A DNA stretch of 64,000 bases. It comes from an uncultured Gammaproteobacteria bacterium (GTDB taxonomy: Bacteria > Pseudomonadota > Gammaproteobacteria > JAURND01). The position numbers were made by a program, and so were the translations under genes. The notes beneath the pieces are model-generated. The model did no database searches, was not told the origin of the DNA, and saw only the letters and a program-made list of their open reading frames with translations. Below, one piece after another: positions 28,841 to 37,699 of the stretch (positions within the stretch are counted from its first letter, which is position 1; every line of letters starts with the position of its first letter). The stretch lies in assembly GCA_963714975.1 (NCBI GenBank), contig CAVQQD010000003.1:544001-608000 (forward strand), given 5' to 3'.

Positions 28841-29482
28841 TTAAATCCAATAGGCTGTTTTAGTCATCACTTTTGAAAACACTTGCATGGCCCGCTTCAC
28901 CCATGTCGGTAATTCTGCGGCGCCAGCGGTTTGCGCCACAGTGGCATGATGCGCTTCGTCTTCACACATTTGTTCTAATATTGCGCGACTTTTCTGATCA
29001 GTTTTAGGCAGTTGGCCTAAATGTTGCTGCAAATGATTAACCACTTGCCGTTCCGTTTCTGCCACAAAACCCAGGCTCCATTTATCTCCTGCTAATCCAG
29101 CCACCGCACCAATCGTAAAAGAACCAATATACCAAAAAGGGCTAAGATAACTGCGATGAGAATCCAATTGCTGCAGTCGATTTTGACACCAAACTAAATG
29201 ATCTAATTCTTCGTTTGCCGAATGCCACATCGCTTCTTTTACTACTGTGGTTTTTGCTGTCAATGCTTGAGCTTGATACAACGCGCGCGCGCTGATTTCT
29301 CCGGCATGATTCACCCGCATCAGACCTGCGCTATGGGCATGCTCGGGTGCAGAAAGTTCGGCCTCTGCCAATGAATCTGCGGGATTTTGTCGAGTCGAGT
29401 TGATAGGGACTAAAAATGCTCGCAAAGCCCAATCCGCTTGCATTACACAATGGTCTACAAAAGAATAATGACGTTTTTTCAT
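28841..29482 (-). CDS. coq7: Demethoxyubiquinone hydroxylase Coq7
   Basis: AGLMRVNHAGE, EELDHL.WC, SLGFVAETERQV..HL, DEAHH. Confidence 0.95.
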   Translation of the reverse strand: MKKRHYSFVDHCVMQADWALRAFLVPINSTRQNPADSLAEAELSAPEHAHSAGLMRVNHAGEISARALYQAQALTAKTTVVKEAMWHSANEELDHLVWCQNRLQQLDSHRSYLSPFWYIGSFTIGAVAGLAGDKWSLGFVAETERQVVNHLQQHLGQLPKTDQKSRAILEQMCEDEAHHATVAQTAGAAELPTWVKRAMQVFSKVMTKTAYWI

Positions 29483-29486
29483 GAGC

Positions 29487-30092
29487 TTATTTCCCTTTCG
29501 AGGCTGCTAAATTCAAATATAAATGATGTAATTTACTGATTGATTCTGCTAAATAAGCCAGATCTCGATCATTGACAATCACATCATCTGCCATTTTAAG
29601 GCGTTGAGCACGAGTGGCTTGTGAAGCCAAAATACGATTTACTTCTTCTTCAGTCAAGTTATCGCGAGCAATGGTGCGTTTGATTTGTATTTTTTCCGGT
29701 GCGTCCACCAATAAAATTCGATCTACCAGGGTATAAGGGTCAGTAGCCTCGATTAGTAACGGAATCACAATAATAGAATAAGGCGCGGCTTCATGCGCTA
29801 ATAAATGCTGAATCTCTTGGATAATTAGCGGATGTAATAATGCTTCCAGCCAGCGCCGCTCAGCGGGATCAGCAAAAATAATCTGTCGTAAGCGACTACG
29901 ATTTAAATCACCTGCTGCATTAGCTACTTCGGCCCCAAAATGTTGCACAATTTGCGTTACTATTTTCGTATCGTTCACTACTTGGCGGGCAATTACATCC
30001 GCATCAATCACAGGTATGGCAAGATCGGCAAATAGCTTAGCCACTGACGACTTGCCACTGCCAATACCACCTGTCAATCCGATTTTGAGCAT
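29487..30092 (-). CDS. coaE: Dephospho-CoA kinase
   Basis: MLKIGLTGGIGSGKS, IDAD.IAR, LE.LLHP, IPLL.E; the longer ORF-track start reads through a REP element. Confidence 0.95.
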   Translation of the reverse strand: MLKIGLTGGIGSGKSSVAKLFADLAIPVIDADVIARQVVNDTKIVTQIVQHFGAEVANAAGDLNRSRLRQIIFADPAERRWLEALLHPLIIQEIQHLLAHEAAPYSIIVIPLLIEATDPYTLVDRILLVDAPEKIQIKRTIARDNLTEEEVNRILASQATRAQRLKMADDVIVNDRDLAYLAESISKLHHLYLNLAASKGK

Positions 30093-30176
30093 ATTAACCC
30101 ACCCCTCGGGGTTATCCTGAGCACTCCTCGGGGTCATCCCGAGCAACGGCGAGGGATCTCGCGCCACTTCTGACAA

Positions 30177-30719
30177 TTATCCAATTGGCTGGGGATAAAA
30201 CCAACATAACACGATTAATCCTGCAAAAGCCAAATAAGGCCCAAAGGGCATTGGTCTGTTTTTTTCTTGTTTTTTGCAGCATACCCTGATTCCACCAACC
30301 ACACTAGCTGAACAAGCAGCAATCCCCATAATCAAAATTAGCGCATCAGGCCCCAGCCACGCTCCCCACATTGCGAATAATTTTAAATCCCCATTGCCAA
30401 TGCCATCAATTCCCCGAAAAAACTTATAAAGAATAGCGACACTCCATAAACCAAAATACCCTAAACATAAACCATTAATTGCCGCAGCAGTGGGGACAAA
30501 TAAAGCAAATTCATTGACTATTAAGCCTAGCCAGATTAGAGGTAAGGTTACACTGTCTGGTAAAAGCTGATGGATTATATCAACATAGGAGAGCACCAAC
30601 AAACCCCACAGTAGTATTGTTATGGCACAGGCCCTGCAGGTCATGCCAAAGCGGGCAAAAATAACAATAGTTAAGCCAATCGTTAAAAAGCTGAGCAGAT
30701 AATTTTTCTTCAATATCAC
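30177..30719 (-). CDS. pilD: Prepilin peptidase (A24), short form
   Basis: D....LLPD.VTLPL.WLGL, G.G.GD.KL, MPFGPYLA; GTGA overlap with the pilC stop. Confidence 0.85.
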   Translation of the reverse strand: MILKKNYLLSFLTIGLTIVIFARFGMTCRACAITILLWGLLVLSYVDIIHQLLPDSVTLPLIWLGLIVNEFALFVPTAAAINGLCLGYFGLWSVAILYKFFRGIDGIGNGDLKLFAMWGAWLGPDALILIMGIAACSASVVGGIRVCCKKQEKNRPMPFGPYLAFAGLIVLCWFYPQPIG

Positions 30720-31924
30720 ATCACATATCCTAAATGAAATATGGGTAAATACATCGCAATGACTAATCCACCCACAATAATACATAAAACCAGCATCATT
30801 GCTGGCTCAATTAATTGCGTAATTCGCTCCACAGTATAGTTAATTGTGTGTTCGTAATAATCAGCCAGCTCCCTCAACATTTTTTCCAGATACCCAGCCT
30901 CTTCACCCAAGAGAATCATTTTTACAACTCGACTTGGAAACATATTTACCTGACTACAAGCAATCCCGAACGATTTCCCTGCTAGTATTTGCTTTTTTAT
31001 CTGTAAAATTGCGTATTCATAAGGAAAATTTCCAGACACTCTAGCAGTTGCTTCTAAAGCTTGAAACACGGGCAAGCCAGATTGCAGCATAAGCGCTAAG
31101 GTGGAAAAACAACGAGAAAAAATCGATGCTTTTATTAGTTTTCCAAGTAACGGAGTAGACAGCAATGCCTGTTGAACGTTCAGTTTAAATTTATCAGAAT
31201 AAATCCATAGGATTCTAAAACTAATAATAATTAATAGCGAAAAAATGCCGATCAAAATGCAATGATGATTTATCCAATTGGCAATGGCGATTATCATGCG
31301 AGTAAATAATGGCAAATCAGTATTCAAGCTGTGATACAAGTCAGCAAACTGTGGTAAAACAAACATTAACATTGCCATAATCACTAACCCTGTCACGATC
31401 AAAACAAATAGAGGATAATACAGCGCTTTTTTAATTTTTCTCTTGAAATCTCTCATTTTTTCCCGATACAAAAATATTTTTTCCAGCACGACGCCCAAAG
31501 TGCCCGATTGCTCTCCAGCATAAATAAGACTCAAGTCAGCCTGGTCAATCGTTCCTTGTGATTGCAATGCGTCGCTCAGTAAGCGGCCCGCTGCTATCTG
31601 CTGCTTAATGGCCAGCAAAAAATGTCGGTAATGGTTTTTATTGGCACTTTCAATAATGATAGTAAGCGCAGCTAGCAAGGGAATTCCTGCCGAAATAAGT
31701 AGAGCAGTTTCATGGTAAAAATCAGGAATATCCTGAAATGAAAATTTTTTTTTCCAATGAAAACTTCGCTGCGCAGCTAACAATATAATTTTTTGCTCGG
31801 CTAAGGATTGCCTTAGGCTCAACAAATTATTGGCAAAATTCTTTCCTTGAACTTTAAGGCCATTGGCAGCAATGCCTTCCCAGCGATAGATGAACCATTT
31901 CGCTATAATGTTTGAAAGCATCAT
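30716..31924 (-). CDS. pilC: Type IV pilus platform protein PilC
   Basis: AG.PL, GEQSG.L, KIKKALYYP, GEE.G.L..ML, AMYLPIF. Confidence 0.9.
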   Translation of the reverse strand: MMLSNIIAKWFIYRWEGIAANGLKVQGKNFANNLLSLRQSLAEQKIILLAAQRSFHWKKKFSFQDIPDFYHETALLISAGIPLLAALTIIIESANKNHYRHFLLAIKQQIAAGRLLSDALQSQGTIDQADLSLIYAGEQSGTLGVVLEKIFLYREKMRDFKRKIKKALYYPLFVLIVTGLVIMAMLMFVLPQFADLYHSLNTDLPLFTRMIIAIANWINHHCILIGIFSLLIIISFRILWIYSDKFKLNVQQALLSTPLLGKLIKASIFSRCFSTLALMLQSGLPVFQALEATARVSGNFPYEYAILQIKKQILAGKSFGIACSQVNMFPSRVVKMILLGEEAGYLEKMLRELADYYEHTINYTVERITQLIEPAMMLVLCIIVGGLVIAMYLPIFHLGYVM

Positions 31925-33135
31925 TAGATTACTCTTGCAACTTCTTCTAAGCTGGTTATGCCAGAAAAAACTTTCTTCATTGCCGCCTCCCTTAATGTGA
32001 TCATGCCCATTTGCCTAGCTTGTTGAAATAATGTCAGTGAATCCGCTTGCGTAATTATTAAATGAGCGAAATGATCTAAAATTGGCAATAATTCAAATAC
32101 CGCAGTTCTTCCCTTATAACCCCCCATACAATGTTCGCAGCCTACTGGTTGAAAAATTAGATTTTTTTCTCCAGCAGATAAACTCAAATTAAGTTGGTCC
32201 AAAAAATCATGAGTAAAAATCGCTGCGCGTTTACAGTGGTTACAAAGTTTGCGCAACAAACGTTGTGCAATGATTAAATGAATATTACCAGCTAAAGAAT
32301 AAGCAGATAACCCCAAGGTTATTAGGCGGGTTATAGATTCAACCGCGTTATTCGTATGTAAAGTGGACAAAACTAAGTGCCCAGTTTGAGCGGCCTTTAT
32401 CGCTATTTCCGCTGTTTCTTGATCACGAATTTCGCCTACCATCAGTATATCGGGGTCTTGTCGTAGTAAGGCTCGCAACACGCACGGGAACGATAAATTA
32501 ATTTTTGGATATATGTTAACTTGATTAATTCCCAGTAATTGAATTTCAACAGGATCCTCTACCGTACAAATATTTTTTTCTAATACATTAAGATAATTTA
32601 ATATCGAATATAGGGTCACCGTTTTCCCACTACCCGTCGGGCCTGTGACTAACAACATACCTTGTGGCCGCTGAATAGCCCATTCAAATAGTTGCTTTTG
32701 CTCATCTCCAAGCCCCAAGTCCTCAATCAGCAAGGAAGTATGACTTGCCACCAAGATCCGAATCACGGTTTTTTCGCCATGAATCGTTGGACAAACATTG
32801 ATGCGACAATCCAATGTTTTTTTATCATCCATCTGAAAGCTAAAACGTCCATCTTGCGGCAACCTACGTTCTGCAATATCTAATTTTGATATCACTTTTA
32901 AATGAGTTATGATCCGACTCGCCAAATCACCCGATAGTTTGCCTACTTCATGCAAAATTCCATCCACCCGTAAACGAATTCGATAAGCAGTTGCATAAGG
33001 CTCAATATGAACATCAGATGCTTTTTTTGCGATTGCATCTATTATGGTTTGCCGAACAAAGTCAAGCAATTGCTCATCTTCCAAAGCAAAATGGTCTAAT
33101 AAAAATCTTGTAGATTGTAATTTTTGGCTACCCAA
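31924..33135 (-). CDS. pilB: Type IV pilus assembly ATPase PilB (short, N-terminal domain absent)
   Basis: ASDVHIEP, LDIAERRLPQDGR, GPTGSGKTVTLY, TVEDPVE, LRQDPD..MVGEIRD, CxxC pairs. Confidence 0.9.
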   Translation of the reverse strand: MGSQKLQSTRFLLDHFALEDEQLLDFVRQTIIDAIAKKASDVHIEPYATAYRIRLRVDGILHEVGKLSGDLASRIITHLKVISKLDIAERRLPQDGRFSFQMDDKKTLDCRINVCPTIHGEKTVIRILVASHTSLLIEDLGLGDEQKQLFEWAIQRPQGMLLVTGPTGSGKTVTLYSILNYLNVLEKNICTVEDPVEIQLLGINQVNIYPKINLSFPCVLRALLRQDPDILMVGEIRDQETAEIAIKAAQTGHLVLSTLHTNNAVESITRLITLGLSAYSLAGNIHLIIAQRLLRKLCNHCKRAAIFTHDFLDQLNLSLSAGEKNLIFQPVGCEHCMGGYKGRTAVFELLPILDHFAHLIITQADSLTLFQQARQMGMITLREAAMKKVFSGITSLEEVARVI

Positions 33136-33238
33136 GCAAACCTCCAGCCGTATAAATCACGCAAATTTATAAGGCGTATTGCCTTTTATTGCAATACCGT
33201 AAAACCTTGCTTATACTCTGGTATTTGTTGACAGACTT

Positions 33239-33313
<75 letters not shown>

Positions 33314-33407
33314 GGAGAATCAAGGAGTTACAAGCCATTTCCAGCAAAACAAAAATCTATTGCGGGACTTTTGCGGGGGCTATCCTTCCCCCTGTCCTTC
33401 GGGCTGC

Positions 33408-34544
33408 TTACGCGTCCAAATTCAATCCCGTTGAATTTGTGTGGGGGGGCCTAAAGGAACTAGCCTCGTACCCCCTCCTTTTCAGCACCGTAAGTGCAGG
33501 ATTCCCTGACTGACTACAGATTTTGTTCACCGCATTTAAAAGCTGAGTCAGTTCAGCCGCAGAATAATGGGTCGTAATCCTACCTGACTTATGACCTAAT
33601 AAGTCTTGCCGATCCTCAAAACTAACTCCAGCAGCTCTTAAACGTCGACCGAATGTATGCTTAAGATCATGCACTCTAGCATCAGGTAATCCAGCACGAA
33701 TTCTTGCCCGCCTCCAGGCAGAACGTAGCATTCTATCTACAGGCTTACCCTTGTAGGTAAATACGTATTCAGAATCTTCACCACGCACTTCCTCAATTAC
33801 CTCCTTGGCAATATCATTTAACACAACCAAACGGTCTTCGCGATTTTTTACAACTTTGCCTGGTATAATAAATACCGAGCAATTCGGAATTTCAGGTACA
33901 GCTATTTCCCATTCCCATCTCAGGTAACAAATCTCGCGATCACGACAACCTGTATTTACAGCAAACAATGCCATGCGCCGTAAATGCAAAGGCAATTCTT
34001 GAAATAATCGAGCTTGTTCTCCCCAATTCAATGGAAAGGGCTTACGCGCATCTGGTTCCGGTAATAATTTAATTTTCGGTGCTACTTGTAACCAGGTCAG
34101 CCCAAATTCATCTAACCAAACCCCTGCGGCTAAATTCAGAATATGTCGCACTACTTGCAGAGCATGATTAATCGTGCGCATTTTCACACCTGATTTTTTT
34201 CTATCTTCAATGAAGGATTGCAAAGTTCCAATATGCACCGCTTCTAAAGATAAACTGCCAATATAAGGATCAAGTGCTTTGAGATGTCCTGCATCATCAA
34301 TGATGCTCGCCTTATGCTGATTTTCCAGCAAAAATTTAGTAGCTGCTTCGCGAAAAATGCGCTTGGGTCGCACTCCATACACATTGGCTTGTCTGATTTG
34401 CTCAACACGTCGTGCTAAGTAGCGTTCTGCTTCTTCGAGATTGTCAGTGCCAGTGCTTTCGCAAATGCGTCTTCCGAAAACTTGTTTATCGATATGCCAA
34501 GTTTCCCCACGTTTGTAGAGACCTGGCGTTCTTTTGCGTCCCAT
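33408..34544 (-). CDS. int: Tyrosine recombinase/integrase
   Basis: TGCRDREI, HDLKHTFGRRL, LLGH, TTHY. Confidence 0.95.
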   Translation of the reverse strand: MGRKRTPGLYKRGETWHIDKQVFGRRICESTGTDNLEEAERYLARRVEQIRQANVYGVRPKRIFREAATKFLLENQHKASIIDDAGHLKALDPYIGSLSLEAVHIGTLQSFIEDRKKSGVKMRTINHALQVVRHILNLAAGVWLDEFGLTWLQVAPKIKLLPEPDARKPFPLNWGEQARLFQELPLHLRRMALFAVNTGCRDREICYLRWEWEIAVPEIPNCSVFIIPGKVVKNREDRLVVLNDIAKEVIEEVRGEDSEYVFTYKGKPVDRMLRSAWRRARIRAGLPDARVHDLKHTFGRRLRAAGVSFEDRQDLLGHKSGRITTHYSAAELTQLLNAVNKICSQSGNPALTVLKRRGYEASSFRPPHTNSTGLNLDA

Positions 34545-34765
34545 AAGTTTCTCCTCTTGGATGGGGGACGCCCACTACGGGCCTTATATTGCTCCGCCCA
34601 CTCATCTAAATCAAGTCTGTCAAAGGCGATTCCTTGTTTTCCGATGGGAATAGCCGTTAAGTAAGGCCGAACTTCACCATTAAAACGATGTCTATCCATC
34701 CCTAAATACCTAGGAACATCCCTCAAGCGAATATAGCGTGGCAACAATTCCATTGTATTTTTCAT
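34415..34765 (-). CDS. Putative excisionase/recombination directionality factor
   Basis: Small basic wHTH-like protein (YIRLRDVPRYLGM...FDRLDLDEW) upstream of and overlapping int. Confidence 0.6.
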   Translation of the reverse strand: MKNTMELLPRYIRLRDVPRYLGMDRHRFNGEVRPYLTAIPIGKQGIAFDRLDLDEWAEQYKARSGRPPSKRRNLWDAKERQVSTNVGKLGISINKFSEDAFAKALALTISKKQNAT

Positions 34766-34919
34766 TGCATCCCTCTTACTAAAAAATGATTACGTAAAAA
34801 TACCGAAAGAAATTATCAGGGAACAAATATACATATGTTGATTTATGCTGAAGTAATATGAGGATCAACAATTGTTAAGTTCAAAAAATAAACTTCTTAA
34901 ATTCATTGGAGATAAATTT

Positions 34920-35993
34920 ATGCCCAAAATCCGTACCGTTAAACCAGAATTATTTCGCCATGAGGCGTTATTTGCAGCCGAGCAAGATTATCAATTACTG
35001 CTACGTTTGGGGTTTATTGGTTTGTTTACCTGCTGCGATCGCGAGGGTCGTTTTCGTTGGCAGCCCCGGCAATTGAAGTTGGATATTTTTCCTTATGATG
35101 AAATCGATATGGCGCGGGTATTAGATGCCCTTGCTGCCCGTGGTTTTATTATTAAATATCAAGCCAATGATAAACTATATGGCTGTATCCCTTCCTGGAA
35201 AAATCATCAATGCATTAACCATCGGGAAATAGCAAGTACCATCCCCGGGTTAGAAGAAGCCAAAATTATTGAGGTCGATTTCGTGTCTGCTGAAATGCCA
35301 CGCGTGGGTGACGCGTCAGCGTCGCGTGCTTCACCCGTGACCCACGCGTCAGTCACAGGTGAGGCACGCGTCGATGACCCGTCAATGTTAGGTGATGAAG
35401 AAAATTTGAGTGAAACAGCCGATAAATCCTGTAATAACAAAGGATTATCTGGATATTTTTCTGGAAAAATGGCTTTAGAAGTTGACGCGTCACTGACGCG
35501 TACCTCACCCGTGGAGCACGCGTCACGGGCAAACCTGGGCACGCCCGGAGGGAAGGGAAGTGGAAGGGAACTGGAAGTGGAAAGGGAAATGGAAGAGGAA
35601 AAGGAAGTGGAACTAAAACCAAACTATGTCGCGCAGGCGCGACGTCGGGAAGTTTTTTCTGGTGATGTGGTTAAAATTTTTGATCATTGGAAAATCACAC
35701 TCGATCATCCACGGGCAGTACTTGATGACAATCGTCAAAAATTAATTTTGCAAGCGCTAAAAAGCGGCTACAGCGTACAACAGCTCTGCGATGCCATCAC
35801 GGGTTGTTCGAAGACACCACACAATATGGGGCACAATGCCAACCATCAGCGCTACGATGGCTTGCACATCATTTTGCGCAGTGCCGATCAAATCGAGCGC
35901 TTTATCCACAATTGTGCTCATCCGCCTTCACCTGGCAATAGCTTGCTGCAATCCAATCTGCAAGCAGCACATGCCTGGCTAAAATCAAAATAA
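34920..35993 (+). CDS. Phage-type replication initiator-like protein
   Basis: MPKIRTVKPELF, LF...DREGRF, W..HQ.IN N-terminus; low-complexity linker with DNA repeats; IF.HW...AI.G C-terminal domain. Confidence 0.7.
   Translation: MPKIRTVKPELFRHEALFAAEQDYQLLLRLGFIGLFTCCDREGRFRWQPRQLKLDIFPYDEIDMARVLDALAARGFIIKYQANDKLYGCIPSWKNHQCINHREIASTIPGLEEAKIIEVDFVSAEMPRVGDASASRASPVTHASVTGEARVDDPSMLGDEENLSETADKSCNNKGLSGYFSGKMALEVDASLTRTSPVEHASRANLGTPGGKGSGRELEVEREMEEEKEVELKPNYVAQARRREVFSGDVVKIFDHWKITLDHPRAVLDDNRQKLILQALKSGYSVQQLCDAITGCSKTPHNMGHNANHQRYDGLHIILRSADQIERFIHNCAHPPSPGNSLLQSNLQAAHAWLKSK
35298..35526. repeat. Iteron-like ACGCGT repeat array inside the initiator gene
   Basis: About seven ACGCGT cores in two clusters around an AT-richer spacer. 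Confidence 0.65.
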
Positions 35994-36222
35994 ACACTAT
36001 CCCGTCGTCCTGGCATGGATGCCAGGACCCAGGTCACAAGGATGTGAAATCTTGCATTCTGCAGGAACGATATTTTTGCAATACTGTCATTCCCACTAAT
36101 TTGACAGTATTGCCTGCCAATTTTTTTTCGGTAATCATCACCACGAATTTTTCGCAATAAATCAACATCTGTTAATTCAGATTGCGGTAATCTCAACAAA
36201 ATTTTTGCAATGGATGACCATC

Positions 36223-36495
36223 ATGAGCACACCAGGATTTTTTCGAGCGGTTAAATATTTTGGCTCCCAACAAGCTCTCGCCAAAGCGATGGGCATTTCA
36301 CCTCAAGCCGTAAACCACTGGGCGAATCGCGAACATCGCTTGCCCTATGTGCAAGCTCTGAAAATTTTTGTTTTGACGGCAGGTACAGTATCACTGGATG
36401 AATTAGCACCCGAACAACAAGAGCTCAATGCCTTGTTTGGTCGATCTTTTTTTCTGGGTTTGAAACCAAATTCCACTGCGGCAACTAAGCCCTAG
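36223..36495 (+). CDS. Cro/YdaS-like HTH regulator
   Basis: AVKYFGSQQALAKAMGISPQAVNHW...T.G.VS..EL.P. Confidence 0.85.
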   Translation: MSTPGFFRAVKYFGSQQALAKAMGISPQAVNHWANREHRLPYVQALKIFVLTAGTVSLDELAPEQQELNALFGRSFFLGLKPNSTAATKP

Positions 36496-36504
36496 GAGAA
36501 CAAC

Positions 36505-37101
36505 ATGCGCTCAGAAGATGCTCCCCAATTTGCGTTATGGATGGCTACTTTAGGTGAATTGTACAACAAAAATGTCAGCACTACCCTCAACGAAATCTAT
36601 TGGAATATCTTGAAAGATTTTGATTTTCAGGAAATAAAACGGGCATTTCGTTATCACATGACTAATCCTGATGGTGGGCAATTTATGCCAAAACCCAGCG
36701 ATATTATTCGCATTATTCAAGGCAGTGCTGAAGAAAAAGCCCTAGCAGCTTGGACTCACGTGGAAAAAGCCATTCGTTCTATTGGCTGTTACGATAGCGT
36801 CAGCTTTGACGATCCGCAGATTCATGCTGTGATAGAGGACATGGGGGGCTGGATTCATTTGTGTGGCAGCAAACTTACCGAAATGCCTTATCGCGCGAAT
36901 GAGTTTAAAAAGCGCTATCAACGTCACCTAATCTCTCAGTGCGACCCAGTTTATTCTGTGTCGCCTGGAATTATTGAACATCACAATCGTCAATTAGGTC
37001 TTGCAGCGCCTGAACCTAAGAAAATCACTTGTGCGAATAGGGCAATTAAGCACTCGTTACCTCTACTCAGTGAAACCCATTTTCTCTTAGAGAGCGCTTA
37101 A
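36505..37101 (+). CDS. Phage replication-associated protein (DUF6475-like, possible helicase loader)
   Basis: YW..L, FMPKPSDII, AW..V..AI..IG.Y.SV.FDDP.IH.VI..MGGW. Confidence 0.7.
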   Translation: MRSEDAPQFALWMATLGELYNKNVSTTLNEIYWNILKDFDFQEIKRAFRYHMTNPDGGQFMPKPSDIIRIIQGSAEEKALAAWTHVEKAIRSIGCYDSVSFDDPQIHAVIEDMGGWIHLCGSKLTEMPYRANEFKKRYQRHLISQCDPVYSVSPGIIEHHNRQLGLAAPEPKKITCANRAIKHSLPLLSETHFLLESA

Positions 37102-37105
37102 ATTT

Positions 37106-37396
37106 ATGTACATTCCCACTTGCAAAAAAATACTAGCATTAATCTTAATCTTTATTTTACCGCTTAGCAGTTTTGCGGCCGGTGGCGATATCCCCACCAT
37201 TACCCAAGCTCTGCAAAGTTTGGTGGATATTTTAACTGGCACAGCGGCACGATTAATGGCGGTTATTGCCATTGCCGCGGTGGGTTATTTATGGCTAACC
37301 GGACGCTTGTCACTGAAACATGCCGTGGTTGTTGGTTTATCAGTGGGTATTATTTTTGGTGCACCCACTATTGCTGGGATGTTAGGAGCGGGTTAA
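37106..37396 (+). CDS. virB2: VirB2/TrbC pilin
   Basis: Signal peptide, L.G..AR..AVIAI...GY, GIIFGA. Confidence 0.88.
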   Translation: MYIPTCKKILALILIFILPLSSFAAGGDIPTITQALQSLVDILTGTAARLMAVIAIAAVGYLWLTGRLSLKHAVVVGLSVGIIFGAPTIAGMLGAG

Positions 37397-37399
37397 GCG

Positions 37400-37690
37400 A
37401 TGAAAGACGCTATCACGATTCACCCTTTATTTGTCGGTCTAACCCGACCACCAATACGATTTGGCGTTACGCTGAATTATTTAGTTTTTAATGGTGCGGT
37501 GAGTCTAACCATTTTTGTTGCCAGCCTATCGTTGGTAACGGCTAGCTTAATCGCTTTTGTGCTGCAATTATTTGGTTATATTTGCTGTCTTTACGATGCA
37601 CGAATTTTTGATTTATTGCTTGGCAAATTGCAATGCATGAATTGCAAGAATCGAAATTATTGGCAATGCAATAGTTATGAGCCATTCTGA
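37400..37690 (+). CDS. virB3: VirB3
   Basis: PLFVGLTRPP..FGV, D.RIFDL, NSYEP. Confidence 0.9.
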   Translation: MKDAITIHPLFVGLTRPPIRFGVTLNYLVFNGAVSLTIFVASLSLVTASLIAFVLQLFGYICCLYDARIFDLLLGKLQCMNCKNRNYWQCNSYEPF

Positions 37691-37699
37691 GAGAAAATC

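Noticed and set aside
30093-30176. N-terminal extension of CoaE as a third in-frame repeat insertion
   Set aside because: The canonical MLKIGLTGG start has its own RBS-like GAGGG; the extension is probably untranslated repeat DNA
33408-37101. Prophage
   Set aside because: No structural, packaging or lysis genes; the module runs directly into virB2
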